Source of the DNA: Myxococcota bacterium
GTDB taxonomy: Bacteria; Myxococcota_A; SURF-8; G963663525
Direction: 5' to 3'
DNA length: 64,000 bases
NCBI GenBank assembly: GCA_963676915.2
Contig: CAXXVK010000059.1
Coordinates: forward strand, 18,735-82,734
The notes beneath the pieces were generated by a model. It worked only from the letters and a program-made list of their open reading frames with translations. It did not search any database and was not told the origin of the DNA. Shown here one piece after another: positions 57,940 through 64,000 of the stretch (position 1 is the first letter of the stretch; each line of letters starts with the position of its first letter). The position numbers were made by a program, and so were the translations under genes.

Positions 57940-59299
57940 GGCAATCCTCCTCGTTTTCGGGGTGCAACAAGCACCATTCGCGTTGGCACATAAGGCAATC
58001 GTAGGGCGAGCCATCGTTGCGGCAGTCGTCGCGCACGTCGTCGATGAACGGACATTCCGGGTTGGCGCAGTCCAGGCAATCACTGGAACTGGAGTTCTCG
58101 TAACAACGCTCCCATCGACTGATCCAGTGCGGACAGTCACGGTCGTGGCAATCAGTACAGCTGGCTTCACCGGCGTCCAGGCAGTCGTCATACTCGTCGC
58201 GATCCGGATCGAACCACTGTGTGTACGGGTCCAGCGGGTTGTAGGACATCAGGAATTCGTCGAGTAGCAGCAGCAACGTTCCCCATTCGCGCTGGGCCAT
58301 GAGCTTGTTGACGTCGTCGCCGATGTTGCCCAAACACGGGCTGCCATCGGTCGAGACATGCGGGTGGAAATAATTTCCACGCCACTCGTTGTTTCCCGTC
58401 GGTTCGAACTTGATGAGTTCACGTCCGGTCAACTCGATCCGGCAGCGGATGTCGCCCAGTTCCGACTCTTCACCCGAATCCGGGTCTTCAAGCCTCACAT
58501 CGGTGTGGACCGCCACCAGTTCGGTGTCGCTGATGTTGATGGATTGAAAGCGCTCGCCGACGAGGGATTGCAGCTGCTTGCTGATGCGCTTGACCGCATT
58601 CACAGTGCGTCCGCATTTCTCGTTGACGGCTAAGCGAAGCAGGCGTTCCTGCTCTCGTTGGCGTGCCAGCGTGGCCACGAGTTGATGGTACTGGCGGTTC
58701 AGTTCAAGCAGATTGGCCTCGTTGTCGCAGATGTCCTGCTGAGTGCGCTCCAGGCTCTGGCGCGAGAGGGCGGTGTAGAAGCTCCCGAATCGACGCGCTG
58801 TCTCGACCGGATTCGGCACCCGCATGGCATGGCGGCAGGCCCAGTCGAAGCCGTCCTTGAAGATGCTGGTCAACAGGGCGCGCTTGGCTCCGAAGGTCAC
58901 CTCCAGGCCGTTCTGAAAGCGGATGCTGTTCTCGTCGACACGCCCGATGTAACCGTCCAGCGCCCATGCGCCGTGTATGTATGGCACCTGAAGGTCGATG
59001 CCACTGGCTCTGGGAATCCACCGCTTGCGATCTTCGTTCAACAACTTCCGCTTCTCGTAGGATATCGCCGCGTTAGTCGGAGCAAGGTAGAAACGAAAAT
59101 CGCCATCCAGCGCGGTGACCTCGTATTCCCGGCTGGTGACGATGGTCACGACCGGCCCGAGCATGTACGCCGCGTCGGATCGGTTATCTTCTTTCACTTG
59201 GACCATGGGTCGTTGATCGGCAGGAAACATCAACAACCACTCTAGCATCAAGGCCTTCAGGATCTCGGCAATACGAGTGGTTTCATGTAAGTTCTCCAT
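57791..59299 (-). CDS. Prokaryotic E2-like protein with coiled coil and Cys-rich acidic tail
   Basis: HPHV..G.PCLG E2-type motif, L.SYN..D.Y; repeated CxxCxxxxC in the tail. Confidence 0.75.
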   Translation of the reverse strand: MENLHETTRIAEILKALMLEWLLMFPADQRPMVQVKEDNRSDAAYMLGPVVTIVTSREYEVTALDGDFRFYLAPTNAAISYEKRKLLNEDRKRWIPRASGIDLQVPYIHGAWALDGYIGRVDENSIRFQNGLEVTFGAKRALLTSIFKDGFDWACRHAMRVPNPVETARRFGSFYTALSRQSLERTQQDICDNEANLLELNRQYHQLVATLARQREQERLLRLAVNEKCGRTVNAVKRISKQLQSLVGERFQSINISDTELVAVHTDVRLEDPDSGEESELGDIRCRIELTGRELIKFEPTGNNEWRGNYFHPHVSTDGSPCLGNIGDDVNKLMAQREWGTLLLLLDEFLMSYNPLDPYTQWFDPDRDEYDDCLDAGEASCTDCHDRDCPHWISRWERCYENSSSSDCLDCANPECPFIDDVRDDCRNDGSPYDCLMCQREWCLLHPENEEDCREQNEPECPDCPHRDECQAWADEDDEDDEETDGDETEDFRPNPESAAVG

Positions 59300-59370
59300 G
59301 TTGCCTCCGTAAAGATATGAACGGCGGAGAGTTTCTCCTCCGCCGCTCAGGTTCGATCACCTCCTTCCGG

Positions 59371-59625
59371 TTACCGATGGAGCATCACGCCTCCATCGAC
59401 TTTCGGCGTTAACGCAAGGATGTCGCCGTCGTCGGGACGTTCGTGCAACTGGGTGTGGACGCCGTTCAGCGTCAAGGCGTAGCCCTGGGCGTCGAAACCC
59501 GCCAAGGTGAGCGCGTCGGCGCAGGTCGAGCCCGCCGGGACGGTGACCTGGCGCTGGCGGCCAATGCTGACGACGGTTACGCGGATTCCGTGATTGCGGG
59601 ACGGGTGATCGTTCTGGTCGTTCAT
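59371..59625 (-). CDS. Ubiquitin-like (beta-grasp) protein with GG plus 5-residue extension
   Basis: V..G.T..DAL..LNG..DGD.L.L.PKVDGG-VMLHR; AGGAG RBS. Confidence 0.82.
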   Translation of the reverse strand: MNDQNDHPSRNHGIRVTVVSIGRQRQVTVPAGSTCADALTLAGFDAQGYALTLNGVHTQLHERPDDGDILALTPKVDGGVMLHR

Positions 59626-59671
59626 GGGATTTCTCCTGGAATGGATGAATGGGCGATGTTGCCCGGGAATG

Positions 59672-59695
59672 AAAAGGCCGCCCAACTAGGCGGCC
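59672..59695 (-). terminator. Hairpin/terminator between leader ORF and Ubl gene
   Basis: GGCCGCC-6nt-GGCGGCC followed by TTTT on the minus strand. Confidence 0.5.
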
Positions 59696-59727
59696 ACACG
59701 GTAAGGGGTTGATTCTGAAGTTGAGTA

Positions 59728-59952
59728 CTACTCTGCGGTGTCGCCGTTCAACGTGTTGACGAACACGTCCTTTGGAGCCCATGAGCCGTCTGGCAATCGA
59801 CGTTTGGTGTTGTAGGCGAAGGAAGGGAGTGGCCGGTCTTCGGCGTCCAGATGGGACAAGGCCTGAAGACCGGCCAACTCGTTGGCGAGGGACGTGGGGA
59901 GGGGAAGTTGGTGGTGGGTATCGGTCGCCGTGCTGACCACGTTCGTTGACAT
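59728..59952 (-). CDS. Small hypothetical protein leading the Ubl operon
   Basis: GGAGG RBS, 74 aa. Confidence 0.6.
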   Translation of the reverse strand: MSTNVVSTATDTHHQLPLPTSLANELAGLQALSHLDAEDRPLPSFAYNTKRRLPDGSWAPKDVFVNTLNGDTAE

Positions 59953-61086
59953 GGGAAACCTCCGAGATTGATGGTTGCAGTTGGTGTACGTACACACGAA
60001 ACGACGAGCTCAAACCGTGACTGCGGCTAAAGTGCCTGTCGTTGGTGAGTTGAAGGACTGGATGACCAGTGTAGATCTTCCAGCTTCCTAAATGACTTAT
60101 GTCCATGAAATAGCTGGATTTACGCTTGACTGCCGTGTACGTACAGTGAAAATCCTATGGATAAAAAAATTGGCCTGTAATACTGGGACTCCAGTGAGTC
60201 GTTACCGGATTGAGATTCGATTTCATTTTAGCGCTAAAGGAAGACGAAGATGCGGTTTTGATCCAAGGCAACCCAATCCTTTGCATTTCATCAGATTGCG
60301 GACTGAGTGCAAGCGCCGGAAAGTGGCGGTATAGCGATTTACGGAAGAACTATCGAATCTCTATAGGATGTTGCCTCGTACGCGATTATTACTCCGGCAT
60401 CTAAAGAAGCAACATTACCAGCGATTTTTTGCCAAAGAGAAGAAGTATTGTTAATCGTTGATATTGTTAAGTTATTCCGATTTTTAACCGGGGTGAAAGT
60501 TCACTTGTCGATGTCGGAAGTTTAAGTGCCCGCGTAATAATCAGATCGTTCTACTAGATCGAGGGCCTTTTTCGACGTATAATGGGTATGATTCAATTCT
60601 CGGGCCATCGCCCGCCAGCTCAATCCTTCTACTTTTTACCTTTTTCCGAATTCGTTCGTAATCTGCCACTATCAACATCTTTCCCGCTTTCCTGATTACT
60701 GATAATAGTCAATGAAATCAAACATCTACAACTTTGGAAAAACTTCAAACAGTGGCGATGTTTTGCAGGCTTCTTACGTCAATGACTAGCTTCATTTTGC
60801 ATATACACTACCAGGGAAAGGTTTAAAATAAGAATAGTGGATAGATGGAAGGAAATACCAAAATCACTTTTGTAGAATTTTCGTTGCAAAAACTATCAAA
60901 AGCGCATTTTCATCGGTTCTGACGAAGGGAATCTCTATCTCTTCCAACGATTTGAAAAGATTGCTGAAAAGCCTTCGTAAATCTTGGACCTGTAGTGTGC
61001 ATCGGATAAAGAATTTGTCCGATACACACTACAGGTCTTGCTTTGTCAACGGATTGCTTTACCCAAAACGCAAAGACCGAGAATAT

Positions 61087-64000
61087 TTACGGAATCGTCC
61101 TACAGATTCGGAAACCGATAGTGCTGTAGCGCGAATAGGGCGCACCGTTGCTGCGGGACGCAGACCGGCAGTCCTGGGCGGTGTAATTCATTGAGCCGCC
61201 GCGCTTGACTTGGCTCGATCCCGTACTCGGTCCCACCGGATCGGTTCCCACGTCCGTCTCGTAAGCATACTGAAACCTGTCCCAAACCAACTCACTTACG
61301 TTCCCGCTCATATCGTACAGGCCCCAAGCGTTTGCCTCCTTACCGCCTACAGGCTTCGTTCCGTATGGATCAACGTTGTAGTAATTCCAGGCTATCTGGT
61401 CCAGGTTCGGATCGCTGCTCGTGCTCGTGATCGTCCCATTATTCCCATCACTCAGATAAAACGCCGTATACTGATTCCCTGCTCGAATCGCATACTCCCA
61501 CTCGGCCTCCGTGGGTAGCCGATACCCCTCGCAATCCTGAGGTTTCCCCACCCCGTTCAAAGCCACCGTGCAAATATACAAATTCTCTCCATAAAAACAT
61601 CTACTTTCCGACGATTCGCAACCGCTACCAAAAGTCCCCGAGCAGCTTGTGAGCGTGTAACAGGGCGTCAAACCATGCTCCGTCGAAAGCCAGTTCGCGT
61701 ATACCAGAACCTCATACCAGTTTACACGTTCCACAGGGCAGTTATCCCCACAATCCGGTTTATCTCCATTCGGTCCGTAATAGCTTGGATTGTACCCGAA
61801 AGCAGCGAACCACTCTCCCTGGGTCACTTCATGCACCTGCAATTCGAAATCGTAGGTCAACGTCACTCTGTGAAGTTTTTCTCGAGCTGAAGCCCCTGTA
61901 GGTCGCCCCATCTCGCTGGTGCAGGAAGCCGGATACCCCGCCGGGCAGTCGCCATCCGGGCTACCCATCCAGAAAGTACCGGCCTGAATGGCTACAAATC
62001 CCTCCGTGTGGCAGTCCGGATGCCCACTGAATCCCTCTTGACAATCCCCGCAATCCGACGTCATGAACTCGTTGTCGCAGGTGCAATTTCCATTCGCCTG
62101 ATTGCAGGTTCCGTGTCCGTGGCAAGGATCGGGCTCGCAAGGGTCGTCACGGCAGGTCGGGTACTCTAGGTAGCCTTCGGCGCAAACTCCACAGCCGCTG
62201 CCGTCGTAGCCCGTGTTGCACTCGCAACTTCCGTCTGCCGAATCGCAGGTTCCGTGTCCGTTGCAGGGATCGGGATCGCAGGGGTCGTCACGGCAGGTCG
62301 GGTACTCGATGGTACCCTCTTGACAATCCCCGCAGTCCGACGTCATGAAGGCGTTGTCGCATTCGCAACTTCCGTCCGCCTGATCGCAGGTGCCGTGATT
62401 GTTGCAAGGATCGGGTTCACAGGGGTCGTCACGGCAGTCCGGGAAGTCAAGGTAGCCCTCCCGACACGCCAGGCAATCTTCCGTCATGAACGCGTTGTTG
62501 CAGGTGCAGGAGCCATCGGCAGTGTCGCAGGTGCTGTACTGATTGCAGGGATCGGGATCGCAGGGATTGTCCCTACAGTTCGGATAATCGATATACTCTC
62601 CCTGACAAGCCCCACAGTCCACCGTCATGAACGCATTGTCGCAAGTACAGCTTCCGTCCGCCGAATCACACGTTCCATGGCCATTGCAAGGGTCGGGGAC
62701 ACAGGGGTCGTCCCGGCAGTCCGGGTACTCGATCGTCCCGCTTTGACAATCCCCGCAATCTGCTGTCATGAACGCATTGTCGCATTCGCAACTTCCATCT
62801 GCCTGATCACAGGTGCCGTGGTTATTACAGGGGTCAGGCTCGCAAGGGTCGTCCCGGCAGTCTGGGAAATCGATGGCACCCTCTTGACAGGCCGAGCAGT
62901 CCGCTGTCATGAATGCGTTGTCACAGGTACAACTTCCGTCCGCTTGGTCGCAGGTACCATGATCGTTGCAAGGATCGGGTTCGCAGGGGTTGTCCCTGCA
63001 GTCCGGGTAGTCGATGGTCCCTTCTTGACAATCCCCGCAATCCGCCGTCATGAATTCGTTGTCACATTCGCAACTTCCGTCCGCAGAATCGCAGGTGCCG
63101 TGACCGTTGCAGGGATCGGGTTCGCAGGGGTCGTCCCGACAGTCCGGGTAGTCGATGGTTCCCTCCTGGCAATCTCCGCAATTCGCCGTCATGAATTCGT
63201 TGTCGCAGGTGCAACTCCCGTCCGCTTGGTCGCAAGTTCCGTGACTGTTACACGGATCGGGTTCGCAGGGGTCGTCCCGGCAGTCCGGGAAGTCGATAGT
63301 CCCCTCCTGGCAAGCCGAGCAATCCGCCGTCATGAACGCATTGTGGCAGACGCACTCGCCCTCACCGTTGCAGGTTCCGTGGTCATTTCGGCAACTTGTG
63401 CCGTTTCCAAAAGGTTCGTAACCGCAGGTTTCCGTCTCCCAAAGGTAGATTCCCGACTTGCACACCTCCGGTGGACAGGTCGGCGCAACCGTTTGAAAAT
63501 GCAGGACAAATTTTACTTCACGTTCATTGCCGGAGAGATCCGCCAGCCCAGCTCCCAACGTGAAGGTGTAGGTGAAGCCGTCTACGAACTCGGCATCCGG
63601 CGTGAATACCACCGTGGTCCCGTTTTCCAGGATTGCCGTGCCGGAAACGGCCTCGTCGGTCAATGTCCGTTTCAACGTCGCCCGGAGACTCGCCGGGGCC
63701 AGCGTCTCGTCGAAAACCACTCGGACTTCCGTCAATCCCACGAGGTTTTCCTGCCCTTCATCTGGCATCGTCCATAGGATACGTGGCGGCTCTGTGTCCG
63801 GCGCTTCGTTTAGAATGATTTCGCCAAGATTCCACTCGTCGTTCTCCGGGATCGAGCCCGAAATCTCTTTGTATAATCGCAACTCGTCGTGGGAAATCTC
63901 CACCCGTGCCGCTCCGGCTGGCACCGCCGAGACCACGAAACGCCCCTCGGCGTCGGTCTGACTGACCAAATCCCAGCCCAAGACGGGATGCACCGTCACA
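61087..64000 (-). CDS. Large surface protein (5' end outside window): Ig-like, EGF-like tandem repeats, C-terminal FGE-sulfatase domain
   Basis: DTEPP..V.FDE..DLSGN Ig-like; 47-aa Cys repeats; RLPTEAEWEY, GLYDMSGNV.E, RGGS, GFR. Confidence 0.88.
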   Translation of the reverse strand, partial: VTVHPVLGWDLVSQTDAEGRFVVSAVPAGAARVEISHDELRLYKEISGSIPENDEWNLGEIILNEAPDTEPPRILWTMPDEGQENLVGLTEVRVVFDETLAPASLRATLKRTLTDEAVSGTAILENGTTVVFTPDAEFVDGFTYTFTLGAGLADLSGNEREVKFVLHFQTVAPTCPPEVCKSGIYLWETETCGYEPFGNGTSCRNDHGTCNGEGECVCHNAFMTADCSACQEGTIDFPDCRDDPCEPDPCNSHGTCDQADGSCTCDNEFMTANCGDCQEGTIDYPDCRDDPCEPDPCNGHGTCDSADGSCECDNEFMTADCGDCQEGTIDYPDCRDNPCEPDPCNDHGTCDQADGSCTCDNAFMTADCSACQEGAIDFPDCRDDPCEPDPCNNHGTCDQADGSCECDNAFMTADCGDCQSGTIEYPDCRDDPCVPDPCNGHGTCDSADGSCTCDNAFMTVDCGACQGEYIDYPNCRDNPCDPDPCNQYSTCDTADGSCTCNNAFMTEDCLACREGYLDFPDCRDDPCEPDPCNNHGTCDQADGSCECDNAFMTSDCGDCQEGTIEYPTCRDDPCDPDPCNGHGTCDSADGSCECNTGYDGSGCGVCAEGYLEYPTCRDDPCEPDPCHGHGTCNQANGNCTCDNEFMTSDCGDCQEGFSGHPDCHTEGFVAIQAGTFWMGSPDGDCPAGYPASCTSEMGRPTGASAREKLHRVTLTYDFELQVHEVTQGEWFAAFGYNPSYYGPNGDKPDCGDNCPVERVNWYEVLVYANWLSTEHGLTPCYTLTSCSGTFGSGCESSESRCFYGENLYICTVALNGVGKPQDCEGYRLPTEAEWEYAIRAGNQYTAFYLSDGNNGTITSTSSDPNLDQIAWNYYNVDPYGTKPVGGKEANAWGLYDMSGNVSELVWDRFQYAYETDVGTDPVGPSTGSSQVKRGGSMNYTAQDCRSASRSNGAPYSRYSTIGFRICRTIP
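62013..63393 (-). repeat. Intragenic 141-bp tandem repeat (nine full copies plus one partial)
   Basis: CRDDPCEPDPCNxHGTCDxADGSCxCDNxFMTxDCxxCQEG.. counted in the translation. Confidence 0.9.

Noticed and set aside
55926-59625. ThiF/ThiS or MoeB/MoaD cofactor biosynthesis
   Set aside because: E2-like and JAB genes are present and no thiamine or Moco enzymes are in the window.
60150-61080. Short ORFs in an AT-rich stretch
   Set aside because: No motif or RBS support; probably decayed sequence.
62013-63393. CRISPR array
   Set aside because: Repeats are 141-bp in-frame coding units without unique spacers; no cas genes.
48188-64000. Complete diversity-generating retroelement
   Set aside because: No reverse transcriptase and no template repeat found by eye.

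Overview
GC-rich bacterial chromosome segment; the Asp-rich lipoproteins and Cys-rich surface proteins suggest a Myxococcota/deltaproteobacterial host (inference). About 5 kb of core-like genes (lipoprotein start, tandem radical SAM, flippase) end at a tRNA-Thr(CGT) that is an integration hotspot. Island 1 (about 5.3-22.0 kb) is bounded by a 65-bp duplication of the tRNA 3' half. It carries a truncated tyrosine integrase, a D5-type helicase, a resolvase, an IS5 element and a secreted fibre-protein cargo cassette flanked by 100-bp direct repeats. Beyond the att copy lies a defence cluster: orphan AbiEi, a coupled DUF4258-GreA-like-CMPK2-like kinase-MoaA-like radical SAM-second kinase operon, a TPR-CHAT protease with two coupled unknown genes, frameshifted McrBC, and a complete type I Zorya. 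Then come large LamG/FGE-sulfatase/EGF surface lipoproteins and a compact ubiquitin-like operon (Ubl with GG plus extension, E2-like, JAB, DUF2958, E1/ThiF). The best candidates for an undescribed system are the radical SAM/dual kinase/Gre-factor operon (viperin-like logic with a non-viperin enzyme) and the Ubl conjugation operon. Family assignments are by motif recognition only; no searches were run.
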